A stretch of 62,992 bases of DNA, counting the filler, from Reclinomonas americana ATCC 50394 (Eukaryota), in assembly GCA_048213135.1 (NCBI GenBank). It is 9 parts of 6 records of this genome, joined end to end, with 100 filler letters (N's around TTAATTAATTAA, not from the genome) between each part and the next. Parts side by side here need not be neighbours in the genome. Positions count along the whole stretch, not along the records: positions 1 to 9,711 come from PS015459.1; positions 9,812 to 19,863 come from PS015459.1; 7 more parts are not named here. The stretch is one strand, 5' to 3'. The position numbers were made by a program, and so were the translations under genes. The notes under the pieces are model-generated. The model searched no databases and was not told the origin of the DNA. It saw nothing but the letters and a program-made list of their open reading frames with translations. This document shows positions 1-12,469 of the stretch, piece after piece; within the stretch, counting starts at the first letter, position 1; every line of letters starts with the position of its first letter.

Positions 1-1
1 G

Positions 2-1552
2 GGCATTGCGCGCAAGCTCAAGGAGCGCATCCCCGGTGTGAAGGTTTGGTGTTCTATCACTGGGCGCTGCTGTCAGGTGCCCTGTTGTCTGACTGCTTTC
101 TGATGGGGTGTAGATTCTCGGCGTGGATCCCGTCGGTTCCATCTTGGCCGACGATTCACACGCGATTGGCACGTACGATGTGGAGGGGTGAGTACCGATT
201 CAGGGAAAGATTATCTCTCTCTCTCCCTCTTCCTCTTCCTCTTCCTCTTCCTCTTCCTCTTCCTCTTCCTCTTCCTCTTCCTCTTCCTCTTCCTCTTCCT
301 CTCCCTCTTCCTCTTCCTCTTCCTCTTCCTCTTCCTCTTCCTCTTCCTCTCTTTCTTCTCCTGAATTTCCTCTCTCTGGGGGCTTCCCCGCAATTGGAGT
401 TGTGTTCATCTGTCTCCCTCAACCTTTCGATACTGTTCTCTCCCCTGCACTCTTCTATTCTATGTCTCTCTTTCCTCTCTCCTCTCTCACTTTCTTTCTT
501 TCCTCGCTTTCCCCCTCTCTTTCCTCTCTTTCTCCTGATGTCCTTCTCTCTGTGTGTACACCCCCCCCCCAGTCTTGTTCATGTATTTCTCCCAGACTTT
601 CCAGAATATTTCTCTCCGCTTTTCTTTGATTTTCCCTCGCCGAGTCTTGCGATGTGTTCGCCCTACCTTCCAGTCGATCTCTTTCTTCCCCCCTTCTCTC
701 TTTCTCTTTCTTCTTCTTCTTCTTCGTATTCTTCTTCTTCTTCTCGGTTTTTCTCTTTCTTCTCCTTCTCTCTCTCCTGGCTTTCCGTCTCTCTTGTCCC
801 CGAGACTTACAGTATTTTCATTCAATCTTTCCAAACCATTTCTCCCTTTTTCCTTCCTCTCTCTCTTTCCCCCCTTCGTCTCCTGCTCTCCCTCTCCTTT
901 CTCTTCGTGCCCGCTGACGACATTCGTGTGTGTGCCACGGGCAGTGTGGGATACGATTTCATCCCGAAGGTGCTGGAGCGCGGCCTGGTGGACGAGTGGT
1001 ACAAGAGCACCGACAAGGAGTCATTTTTGATGGCGCGCCGACTGATCCGCGAGGAGGGTCTGCTGTGCGGCGGCTCCTCGGGCAGTGCCATGGTGGCTGC
1101 GCTGAAGGTGGCACGCACGGTACGTTGTTTTGTTGTTCTCGTGCAAGTGGGAGGAGGCATTTTTCTGAGTCTCGTGTGACAGCTGCCAGCTGACGCGCGC
1201 GTGGTGGTGATTTTGCCCGACGGTCTGCGCAACTACATGACCAAGTTCCTCAGGCCCGAGTGGATGATGGAGCGCGGCCACGCCGACGAGGAGATGTTGG
1301 CCAAGGCGGCGGCGTCGTCGGCGGCCCCTGCTGCGGAGGTGCGGTAACTGTACTTTGCCCCTGTCGTGATGATGATGCAAGCTGAACGCTGCGCCTCCTC
1401 TTCCCCCCGTCGCTCCACAGAAGTCGGAGATTGAGACTCTGCGCGAGATGAACTCGAAGATGCGCACGCAAATGGAGCAGCTGATGCTGGAGCGCGACAG
1501 AATGGCCGAGGAGATGGCCCGTCTGCGCAAGGCTCCCGCGTCGGCCGAGTGA
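2..1552 (+). CDS. CBS: Cystathionine beta-synthase (5'-partial, multi-exon), ending in a short coiled-coil tail instead of a Bateman module
   Basis: Spliced: [120 protein letters not shown]...|[47 protein letters not shown] introns; TGA at 1550-1552. Confidence 0.93.
225..350 (+). repeat. (CTCTTC)n microsatellite in the CT-expanded CBS intron
   Basis: Tandem hexamer inside the ~750-nt pyrimidine-rich intron at 188-944. Confidence 0.95.
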
Positions 1553-1776
1553 AGCGCGCGTGCCGTGTCGTCCCAGTAGAATTATTATATGATGATGGAT
1601 CCCACGACAGCCACGACGAGTAAAAACAACGAGAAATCCAAGAAACGCCGCCGGTTTCTTTTAATCACCGCAAAGCAAGCAAACCTGACCAATACAAACG
1701 CCTCCGTGGCCCACATGAGCGGGGCAGCGGGGGGACACACACACACACAACCTCATCATCATCATCATCATTCTCC

Positions 1777-2245
1777 TCAGTGATGCTGGTGATTGTGATG
1801 ACCACGGGTGAAGCGCAAGCCGCAGTACTTGCACGTCTCGACGACTCCCTCGCGAATCTTGATGAATTCCACCGGATGGCCCAACTGATTGCTGCCGCCG
1901 TCGCACTTGGCCACCGATCCATCAACCACACGAACCGCCTGATCCGCAATCAACTGCTCCGGAGTCTTCTTGCGCTGCTAACACACAAAAGAGATGCAAT
2001 TGATTCAACGCGTGCTTCAAATCTCATTCCTCTCTCTGCTAACATTGTCTTAGTGTCTTTCTCTCTCTCTCTCTTTCTCTTGTTTGTGTGTGTGTGCTCA
2101 CCGTGGAGGCATCGACTGCTCTCAGCACAGCCGACGTTGTTATTGATGACGCGCGCACTGACCATAATGACGCAGCCGCAGACGCAGACGAGGAGGACGA
2201 CGACGGGACAACGTAGCGCACAGCGCGGGTGAGAGCAGACGCCAT
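1777..2245 (-). CDS. NDUFS6: Mitochondrial complex I zinc-finger subunit (NDUFS6/NUMM, zf-CHCC)
   Basis: Exon 1 (2245-2102) MASALTRAVRYVVPSSSS... is Ser/Arg-rich like a presequence. Exon 2 (1977-1777) QRKKTPEQLIADQAVRVVDGSVAKCDGGSNQLGHPVEFIKIREGVVETCKYCGLRF carries the CDGG..LGHP..CxYCG motif. Confidence 0.9.
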
Positions 2246-2481
2246 TGGTTGCTGTGAGAAGAGGAGAAGGGGAGAGTGAGACAAAGGTTGCATCGATGGC
2301 CATGTGAGACACACATAAGAGGAAATGACGCGTCGTGCGTGGGTATGTGACACCCGCGCGTGTGTGTACTGTGTTTGACACACCTGTGTTGTCTGTACTT
2401 CACACAGTGACACACAAAAAGTTGAAGTGCGGACAGATGCGGGGACAGACGATGCATGACGTCATCGCACGCACTTTTGTC

Positions 2482-3096
2482 ATGGACGACTTGTGGTGCG
2501 CGCACATTGCGCTGCCTCTCTCCACTGCAGACCTCGTTACGCGCAAACACTCTCTCTCTCTCTCTGTGCACAGTCATTGTCTTGTGCGCTCACTCTCTCT
2601 CTCTCTTCTCTCACAGGTGGGAGAGGATGTGGAGTCGAGTTGTGTGAGTGTGGGCGCGTCGTCTTCCTCGACTGCTGCAGCAGAGAGCAGTGCTGCTGCT
2701 GCAGCAGTGGCGTCCATGGGAACTGGTGCATTGGTGCGCTCGCTGGTCATGAAGGGCGACAAGAAGCGCTCTCTGGCGGAAGGTCTGTTGTCTCACTGTC
2801 TGTCTCTGTGTCTCTGTCTCTCTGTCTTTGTGTGTCTCTGTGTCTCTGTGTGCAACTTTCTCTGTGTCTCTCTGTCTCTGTGTCTCTCTGTCCCTCTGTC
2901 CCTGCCTCTTCCTCTCTCTCTCTCCTCCCCGTCTCTGNNNNNNNNNNNNNNNNNNNNNNNNNNNNNNNNNNNNNNNNNNNNNNNNNNNNNNNNNNNNNNN
3001 NNNNNNNNNNNNNNNNNNNNNNNNNNNNNNNNNNNNNNNNNNNNNNNNNNNNNNNNNNNNNNNNNNNNNNNNNNNNCTCTCTCTCTCCTCCTCCTC

Positions 3097-3142
<46 letters not shown>

Positions 3143-3194
3143 TGTGTGTGTGTGTCTCTCTTCTTCCTCCTCCTCTCTCTCTCTCTTCTTCCTC

Positions 3195-3227
<33 letters not shown>

Positions 3228-3778
3228 CTTCGCCCTCTCTGTCTCTCTGTCTCTCCCTCTCTCTATCTCTCTCTCTCACTGACTGTCGTTGTGCAGCTGC
3301 GGCCACTGAGCGAGTGTGTGCTGTAATGGCGCACTCACCGCACAATGTGATTGCAATGAGCACGGCGGAGAGTGTGTCGTGTGAGACCTCGGCGCGCACT
3401 GTGCAGCTGCGTATTTTGTTTCGCAGTTGTCCTTGTCATCGTCGGATGCATGGGTGCTGATTGTGTGCATGTATGTAGGCGATTCCCGATTGTGCTGGTC
3501 GATGCGTCCATGCCGGCGAGATACACGTTATTGCGCACTGGTGAGTGGGTGGACGGCTGTGAGAATTGTTGACTGTCTGCTGCTCCTTTCTCTCTCCCAC
3601 TCTCTGTGTCTCCCACTCTCCACACACTTCACTCCCTCTTGTTGTCTGTCTGTGTGTTTGTCTGTCTTTTCTCTCTGTCTGTCTGGTGACCTTCTCCTTC
3701 CATTCTACTCTCTCGCTGCCTCTTCCTTTCTCTCCTACCTCTCCCTGCCTTTCACTGCCTTTCCCTTTCTCCGTGTCT

Positions 3779-3836
<58 letters not shown>

Positions 3837-5409
3837 CTCTCTCTGTCTCTTTGTCTCTGTCTCTCTGTCTGTCTGTTTGTCTCTCTTTTCAGTCTGCTGC
3901 TGACCTGCTCTCTTCCTTTCCACTCTCGCTGTCTCTCCCTTACTCACCCGGTCTCTCCCTTCCTCTCCTACCTCTCCTTCCTCTCACTGCCTTTCCTTTT
4001 CTCCGTCTCTCCCTTTCTCTCCTTCCTCTCTCTCTCTCTNNNNNNNNNNNNNNNNNNNNNNNNNNNNNNNNNNNNNNNNNNNNNNNNNNNNNNNNNNNNN
4101 NNNNNNNNNNNNNNNNNNNNNNNNNNNNNNNNNNNNNNNNNNNNNNNNNNNNNNNNNNNNNNNNNNNNNNNNNNNNNNNNNNNNNNNNNNNNNNNNNNNN
4201 NNNNNNNNNNNNNNNNNNNNNNNNNNNNNNNNNNNNNNNNNNNNNNNNNNNNNNNNNNNNNNNNNNNNNNNNNNNNNNNNNNNNNNNNNNNNNNNNNNNN
4301 NNNNNNNNNNNNNNNNNNNNNNNNNNNNNNNNNNNNNNNNNNNNNNNNNNNNNNNNNNNNNNNNNNNNNNNNNNNNNNNNNNNNNNNNNNNNNNNNNNNN
4401 NNNNNNNNNNNNNNNNNNNNNNNNNNNNNNNNNNNNNNNNNNNNNNNNNNNNNNNNNNNNNNNNNNNNNNNNNNNNNNNNNNNNNNNNNNNNNNNNNNNN
4501 NNNNNNNNNNNNNNNNNNNNNNNNNNNNNNNNNNNNNNNNNNNNNNNNNNNNNNNNNNNNNNNNNNNNNNNNNNNNNNNNNNNNNNNNNNNNNNNNNNNN
4601 NNNNNNNNNNNNNNNNNNNNNNNNNNNNNNNNNNNNNNNNNNNNNNNNNNNNNNNNNNNNNNNNNNNNNNNNNNNNNNNNNNNNNNNNNNNNNNNNNNNN
4701 NNNNNNNNNNNNNNNNNNNNNNNNNNNNNNNNNNNNNNNNNNNNNNNNNNNNNNNNNNNNNNNNNNNNNNNNNNNNNNNNNNNNNNNNNNNNNNNNNNNN
4801 NNNNNNNNNNNNNNNNNNNNNNNNNNNNNNNNNNNNNNNNNNNNNNNNNNNNNNNNGTCTCTCGCTGTCTGCTGTGAAACCTCTCTCTCTCTCTCCTTTC
4901 TCCCTTTCTCCATTTCCCTCCTCCTCTCATCTTCCCCCCTCCCCCTCCCTCCCCCCTCCCTCCCCCTCACTCCTTCTCCCTCACTCCCCTCCTCCCTCCC
5001 CTTCCCCACCCTCTCCCTCCACGCAGCACATGCATTCCCCGTGTCATTCCTGGAATGGGGCACACCGTCGAATCACCAGCGACTACTGTCGATAGATCAG
5101 GCGGGCGACTTGGCGGTGTGGCAAATGGCGGTGCGTGTGTGTGTTTTCTGTGTGATGTACTTGCGTAGCTGGACACTGATTGTGGCTGGAAAACATGCAG
5201 CGTGGATGCAAGAGCTTCATGAGTGAGATCTTCTCGTCGTCGGAGATGCGCACGGTTGTCGCTGCGCGGTGGCTGCCGTTTGGTCGACGGGTGTGTTACA
5301 TTGACTCTCGATCACTTCCTTCTCTCTACCATTTTCTCCCCCTCTCCTTCTCATGGTCTCTCAAGCTCGCTCTCTTCCGCTTTTCTTCTTTCTCTCGCTC
5401 AATAATCTG

Positions 5410-5447
<38 letters not shown>

Positions 5448-8400
5448 CTTCACACAGACACTTTTCCTTCTCTCAGTCAACCCACGTGTGTTTTTCAATG
5501 CAGATTGTGGTGGATGCCGGCCAACGGGAACCTGTGCCTGGCCTTCGCATCACGCCCGTGCATGGTGCGAGTGCTGTTTGACTGTTGTTGGTCTCTCTCC
5601 ACGCTCACTTGATTCTCTTCAGCGCGAGGAGCACGGAGCTTGAGTGCGTTCTGCTTGGTGGTCTCCAATGGCGAGGTGTGCTCTCTCACACGTTTAGATT
5701 GCAAGTGAACAGTCAATCACCTTGATTATGTGCAGATGGTCATCTACCACGAAGCATCCCTCCCGAGACCCGACGGTGGTCTCTTTGTGCGCTCGCAGCT
5801 GCAGTTGCCGGGCGTGGCGTCGCACTGGAAAGTGACGGCTGCTGATGTTCGCCTGCTTCCTTGTTGAGTGTGGCCTCCTATTCACGCACGTTGCTCGACA
5901 CCATCGCTGCGTGACTCACGCCCCGATGCTATACAGCGGGAGACGTGGCTATCGTGATCCATCACAGTGGAATGCGCAGTCCGGCCGAGGTCTCCATGTT
6001 TGTCGTTCGTCTGGAGTTCACCGATGATTGTTGCGTGCGCATCCTCGCACGATCCACATATTTTTGATTCTGTAGCTTAACCCCCCGCTCCCCTTCCCAC
6101 AGCCATGGACGCACGAGTTCGTCAGTCGGAGCCATTCATCAGTTGCGATTTCGAATGCTCTCACCGTTTTCATTCCGGTGCTTATGTGAGCACGGTGCAG
6201 CCTCGGATGATCCCTCGGCGTCGCTGGTGTCGCTGGCGATTGCCGACCACAACGGCAGCTTCAATGTCTTGTGTACCACCCACACAGACACGGAGTTGCT
6301 GGTCAGCAGCTGGGGCGTGCGTGATACCGGCGAGCACTTGGACGTGGACAAGGACCGATCGGTGGAGGTGAAGCACCCGACCAAGCCGCGATCAGCGATC
6401 AAGCACGATGTTGTGTATCCGGGAGACAGGTGACTGCACTCTTCTTTCTTTTTTGCTGCTGACTGTAGTCACGCAGTCTGAATACGGACAAATGCTGGTG
6501 TCACCCGATGGAAACATGGTGGCCTACTTGGCACACGATCAGAGCACCATCCACGTCTCCAACATGTTCGTCACTCACCGACTCTTATATTGCTGCTTCT
6601 GGGAAGGACTCACATGACTGCATTCGCAGTCACAACTTGCATCGCCTGGGCAGTGTGCCACTGCGTCCGCACCCGACAGCCGAGGACGCTGCCGCTGCGG
6701 CCGATGGAGAACGTGAGACGCGCTTTTTTTGCTGTGGTCGCCTGCATTTCTCGTCACTTCCTGCTCACATTCCACGCAGCACCGCGCAAGCGATCACGTA
6801 TGGGCGAAGGCAGTGCCAGTGCCGACTCGGATGCAACAATGACCGACATGACGGAGGAACACGGCGAATGGCGTCGACGGGTCATGGTCCGCTTCTGCTT
6901 CTCGTATCACAGCACCTGTGTGGCGTACCTCGATGAGTGGCATCACTTGCATTTCGTGCCGCTGTCGAGTATTCTGCTGCCAACGAAAGGCAGAAATCGA
7001 GGTGCATTGCTGGCCAACCAAGTGTGCATGTGTGTTCTCGTGGACTAACCGCGTGCCTCCCAGATCTACCACCAAGTGAATGTGCACAAGTTGCGCAATA
7101 TGTGGCGGCGCGCCTCGAAATGTGCATGTGGCAGCACTCGGATCCATTCGATGTCGCGGCGCTGCTCGCCATTTTTTCGGAAGGCTCTGAGGCCATGGAT
7201 AGTGCGTGGCGCGGTGTATGTGATCATGTCTCGTTTTTGCCACTGGATGGCTGATGAAGCGCCGCAGATATTGTGGCAACTGCGCACACGCTGCTGACGC
7301 GAAACATGGCGGCACAGTCGCGAAACAAGGAGAGCATGCGGTTACCGTTTGCGTGGATGCAACAATACCTGTGTCGGTTCGCGATCTGTTTTCGTTGTGC
7401 CCTTGTGTTTATTGTCTTGGCTCATCATTGTCGTGCGTAGCATGTCGGACAAGATGTGGCCGCAGTTGTTGGCCGTGCAGCTCCGCATCATGGAGGAGCA
7501 GTCGTTCCAGTCGCTGTCTCGTCTGCTGGGTGTCCAGTTTGATCACAGTGCGTGTGGAGGGGAATAATGTGTCGTTACTGCAAGATACTCACATGCGCTC
7601 ATGTTCTCCTCGTACAGCGCAAGCCGCCGATGCGCAGCGTGAATCGTACCTCCGTGCATGCCACGCGGCCAGTGCCAGTTGTGTTCTCTTACTTGCGATT
7701 GTCGGTTGAGCAGATACTCAGTAGTCTTTGCGCAGGCGATTTGCGGCGTACAATGCCCTTCCTGAACGTCTTGCACGAGATTCTGTATCAGCGAATGATG
7801 GACACTTGGATGTTGTTCCGCCCCAGTTGCGTTGATGGAGATATTTGGCGAGACTCTCATCTCACTCACCACTTCCTGGGCTCTTGAGCAGTGGACGTGA
7901 CGTACGATACCACGGCCACGGTTTGTCGACCTCGCCAGTAGCCATTGTCTGCTCTCCTCGTCCTCATTGTGCACGTGCAGGCGAACGACACGGTCAACGA
8001 AGACTGGCGGCTTCAACGTCTGATGCTTCTGTTGCTCTTTGCCGACGCGGCAGTGGCAGAGCTGCGTAATCGAGGGCTCGAGAGCATGTTTGAGCTGGCC
8101 AACCGCATTCTCAAGAGCATTATCAATCGCCCCGAGTTGTCGAACAACATGAAGAATGCGCTCATGGACATGCGGTGCGGTCTTGTTGCTGCGCGACGGC
8201 GTGCCCTGTCTGTGATCTGACCTCTTTCTCTCTCTCCTTTTCTTTTTACTCCGTGTGTGTGTGTGTCCTTTTCTTTCTCCCTCTCTCTCTCTCTCNNNNN
8301 NNNNNNNNNNNNNNNNNNNNNNNNNNNNNNNNNNNNNNNNNNNNNNNNNNNNNNNNNNNNNNNNNNNNNNNNNNNNNNNNNNNNNNNNNNNNNNNNNNNN

Positions 8401-8714
8401 NNNNNNNNNNNNNNNNNNNNNNNNNNNNNNNNNNNNNNNNNNNNNNNNNNNNNNNNNNNNNNNNNNNNNNNNNNNNNNNNNNNNNNNNNNNNNNNNNNNN
8501 NNNNNNNNNNNNNNNNNNNNNNNNNNNNNNNNNNNNNNNNNNNNNNNNNNNNNNNNNNNNNNNNNNNNNNNNNNNNNNNNNNNNNNNNNNNNNNNNNNNN
8601 NNNNNNNNNNNNNNNNNNNNNNNNNNNNNNNNNNNNNNNNNNNNNNNNNNNNNNNNNNNNNNTCTTCTCTCTCTTCTTTCTTTCTTCGTGTGTGTGTGTC
8701 GTTCTTTCTTCCTC

Positions 8715-8764
<50 letters not shown>

Positions 8765-9437
8765 TCCCTCGCACCACAGAACCCAGCTGAAGGCATGGAG
8801 GGTAGACCATCCGCACGAGCAAAACATCACCCACACCAGCGTTTTTGCGTGGCGGCAACGCCGCAACGTCGATCCGGTTCCGTACGACGCCCACCAGCTG
8901 TTTGACCGACCCGTGCCCCATCGCATCATTTTCTCGCTGGGCATTGGCCAGCTCATGTCGCGCATCCACCCGCTGTCGCTCCCGCATATTAAGGTGCAAG
9001 TGTGTTTTCCCCCTGTTTCCGATGTGGACTTGATTGTTGATTTTCCTTATTCACAGCCGCGTCTGGTGGACGAATCGCTGCTGCATGCGCTGGTTGACGT
9101 GGTGAGCAAGTCGATGAACCCGTCACCCCCATGGTTGGTGTGCTCGCGCTGCTACCGATTGCATTCGCTGGACGCGGAGCAGCAAACGCCGCCACTCTTC
9201 GACTTGCACTGCCCAATGTGTGGCGCGTACTGGTTCGCGTACCAGACGACCGAAAGTCCATACGCCAACGCCGATCTCCAGCAGCAACTGGGCATCAGCA
9301 CCTCGCTGACAGGAGCCACGCCGTCGGCTGCCGCCTCGGGATCGTCGTCAGGGGGTGCGGCGAGCGGCGGTGGCAGTGGTAGTGGTAGTGGTAGTGGTAG
9401 TGGTGGTGGTGGCGGTGGTGGTTCAGGTGGGTTTTGA
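2482..9437 (+). CDS. MED16: Mediator subunit MED16/SFR6 (multi-exon, gaps in introns; start uncertain)
   Basis: N-terminal propeller motifs AHSPHNVIAMST, PIVLVDASMPARYTLLRTAHAFPVSFLEWG..RLLSIDQAGDLAVWQM and VTAADVRLLPSGDVAIV. The C-terminal CSRC...CPMCGAYW matches the MED16 C-terminal Cys motif. Confidence 0.8.
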
Positions 9438-9711
9438 AAAATAGAGCGAAGCAACAGTGGTGCTGTATTATTCGTTCCCACTCTACGCTGCCCCTCCGCG
9501 TCGCATCACATGCGCGTGTGCAAAATCGCTGGCCCATTCTCCTCGTACTCCTCCTTGGTGATCCGCAACTGTGGGAACACACTAAACGACGCAAACGTCG
9601 ACGCGCCCGCCCACACGCCGTATCTGCGATCCTTCGGCAGCACGACCTTGGTGCGCGCGTAGGGTGCGCGCTCGAGCAGTCCCTGTGTGAGCCGGTTGCC
9701 GAATCCTGCAC

Positions 9712-9811
9712 NNNNNNNNNNNNNNNNNNNNNNNNNNNNNNNNNNNNNNNNNNNNTTAATTAATTAANNNNNNNNNNNNNNNNNNNNNNNNNNNNNNNNN
9801 NNNNNNNNNNN
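9712..9811. other. Artificial contig-joining spacer N44-TTAATTAATTAA-N44; recurs with the 12-mer at 19908, 30604, 34844, 44477, 51338, 55947 and 60982
   Basis: Identical 100-nt structure each time; the 12-mer gives stop codons in all six frames. Confidence 0.97.
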
Positions 9812-10035
9812 GCAGTTGGGAACATGGGACGGTGGTGAGTCGACTCACGAGGTGGCAAGCTGTCGAGTGCAAAGTGTGGTGCGCACACCAATAACGAAAT
9901 TGATTGGTGAAAACGCACTTGGTACTCAGTGGTGACACACAGACAATCGCTTCTGTCAACGCTCGTGTGCCCGTGTGTTTGGGCGCTGTGCTCACAGACT
10001 CTTGACGAAAACAATCACGATTGATATTTCTTGGT

Positions 10036-10737
10036 TTACAGCGGATGTTCTTCATCGATTTCGTCGTCCCCGGGCGTCAGCGACTGTGCGCGTGCGATTC
10101 GGATTTGGAATTCGACTTTGAGTAGATTGGATCGCGCGGCTGCCAGCTCGGGGTCAATAGCCAAGGCACGCTCAAGCGACTGCCTGGCCATGTGAAGATC
10201 TCCTTGCCCGATGTAGACGAGCGCCACGTTGTTGTGTGCCTACGACGAGGAGTATTGAGACCAAGTCGTGGTGTCGAATCAGCATGGTACACGCAAACGA
10301 AACTACAGCATTGTCGGGCTCCTTCTCCAGACACCGTCTGAAGGCCTCCATGGCGTCCTCGTAGAGGCCTGCGGGCAAGTGTCGATGAGACGGCAGACAC
10401 ATGCGTGGGAAAGAGAGATGAGAGAGACAATATGCACACCTTGGTGTCGCAATAGGTTGCCAAGGTTGTTCTGAATGGAGGGTCGTGCATCAAGCTCGAG
10501 AGCCTTGTTGTAGACCACACCAGCCTCTTGAAGCTCTCCATTGAGGTGCATGGCCAGGCCTACGAACATCGGGGGAAGAGTGAGAGAATAAATCAGCGCA
10601 GTAAAACGCCGATTGTACACCACGTACCGAGATCGCTCCACACAATCGGCGACAGCAGATCACGCAGTACGGATTGTTTGAAGAATTCCGCGGCCATGTC
10701 GTACGCGCCTTCCGTGAGGCACAGCATGCCCAGCTAA
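10036..10737 (-). CDS. TPR-repeat protein, C-terminal part (5' end in gap)
   Basis: Spliced repeats LGMLCLTEGAYDMAAEFFKQ, GLAMHLNGELQEAGVVYNKALELD, NNLGNLLRHQGLYEDAMEAFRRCLEKEPDNA, HNNVALVYIGQGDLHMARQSLERALAIDPELAAARSNL; TAA at 10036. Confidence 0.85.
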
Positions 10738-11673
10738 ACATAACAACTGCGTGAGAAAGCATGACGCACAACTNNNNNNNNNNNNNNNNNNNNNNNNNNN
10801 NNNNNNNNNNNNNNNNNNNNNNNNNNNNNNNNNNNNNNNNNNNNNNNNNNNNNNNNNNNNNNNNNNNNNNNNNNNNNNNNNNNNNNNNNNNNNNNNNNNN
10901 NNNNNNNNNNNNNNNNNNNNNNNNNNNNNNNNNNNNNNNNNNNNNNNNNNNNNNNNNNNNNNNNNNNNNNNNNNNNNNNNNNNNNNNNNNNNNNNNNNNN
11001 NNNNNNNNNNNNNNNNNNNNNNNNNNNNNNNNNNNNNNNNNNNNNNNNNNNNNNNNNNNNNNNNNNNNNNNNNNNNNNNNNNNNNNNNNNNNNNNNNNNN
11101 NNNNNNNNNNNNNNNNNNNNNNNNNNNNNNNNNNNNNNNNNNNNNNNNNNNNNNNNNNNNNNNNNNNNNNNNNNNNNNNNNNNNNNNNNNNNNNNNNNNN
11201 NNNNNNNNNNNNNNNNNNNNNNNNNNNNNNNNNNNNNNNNNNNNNNNNNNNNNNNNNNNNNNNNNNNNNNNNNNNNNNNNNNNNNNNNNNNNNNNNNNNN
11301 NNNNNNNNNNNNNNNNNNNNNNNNNNNNNNNNNNNNNNNNNNNNNNNNNNNNNNNNNNNNNNNNNNNNNNNNNNNNNNNNNNNNNNNNNNNNNNNNNNNN
11401 NNNNNNNNNNNNNNNNNNNNNNNNNNNNNNNNNNNNNNNNNNNNNNNNNNNNNNNNNNNNNNNNNNNNNNNNNNNNNNNNNNNNNNNNNNNNNNNNNNNN
11501 NNNNNNNNNNNNNNNNNNNNNNNNNNNNNNNNNNNNNNNNNNNNNNNNNNNNNNNNNNNNNNNNNNNNNNNNNNNNNNNNNNNNNNNNNNNNNNNNNNNN
11601 NNNNNNNNNNNNNNNNNNNNNNNNNNNNNNNNNNNNNNNNNNNNNNNNNNNNNNNNNNNNNNNNNNNNNNNNN

Positions 11674-12396
11674 TCTCTTTGTCGCCGTGCTGGCCGTCTG
11701 TGTGGCCGTCGCACTGGCCGATTCGTGCGCCTACACTTGCAAGAACTACGACGCCGTGCGCCTCGGCACCGCCTCGTGCCCACCCAACACCAGCGACCTC
11801 ACCAACGGCAACTGCTGTGGCTTCTACTCGGGCGCCAACTGCGACGTCTCTCCCTTCCCCGCCGTGTGGCCGCCAGTCGCCGTGTGCACCAATGAGCCGG
11901 GTGCCTGCAACAGCAACGGCTTCTGCAAGCCCGACCTCACCTGCGCCTGCTACTACAACTGCGTCAACTACGTGCAGGTGGCCCTCGGCACTGCTGTGTG
12001 CCCGCCCGGCACCAACGATGCTGGCAACGGTTTGTCACTTGTCTGCTCTCTCTCTCTCATCCCCGCAATGACTCAACTCTCCTCCATCTCTCTCCCTCCC
12101 TCGCAGGCAACTGCTGCGGCAGCTGGTCGGGCAGCCACTGCGAGAACTCGCCGTTCCCGGCTGTGTGGCCGCCGGTGCCGGTGTGCACTGATGCCCCCGG
12201 CGCATGCAACAACCACGGTTACTGCACGGCCGATCTGACTTGCCAGTGCCACTACGCCTGCAACAACTACCCCGCCGTGGCCGCTGGCACCGCCTCGTGC
12301 CCCGGCACCAGCTCTCACCTCGGCAACGGCAACTGCTGCGGCAGCTACAGTGGTGCCACCTGCAGCCAGTCTCCGTTTGACAGCTGCACGCAGTAG
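11674..12396 (+). CDS. Secreted Cys-rich protein with ~2.6 tandem EGF-like modules (start in gap)
   Basis: Signal-peptide tail LFVAVLAVCVAVALA; repeated unit CxYxCxNYxxVxxGTAxCPxxTxxxxNGNCCGxxSGxxCxxSPFPAVWPPVxVCT; one intron at ~12030-12106; TAG at 12394-12396. Confidence 0.8.
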
Positions 12397-12469
12397 ACGA
12401 GAGTAGATAGAGAGAGAGATTCTTGCCAAATGAAATCTGTAATTACATGTTTGCACTTGCCAACAGTCA

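Noticed and set aside
46..1179. 377-aa ORF with (LP)n and the antisense poly-E, RG and RK ORFs
   Set aside because: Read-through of a CT microsatellite intron; only 945-1119 is real CBS coding sequence.
2531..2535. Possible 5-nt microexon ACCTC in MED16 (cag|ACCTC|gttacg)
   Set aside because: I could not find a phase that avoids a stop and joins the next exon, so it is left unresolved.
9756..9767. Recurring TTAATTAATTAA as a biological repeat, target site or piggyBac footprint
   Set aside because: Always centred in exactly 44+44 N; it is a six-frame-stop assembly linker.
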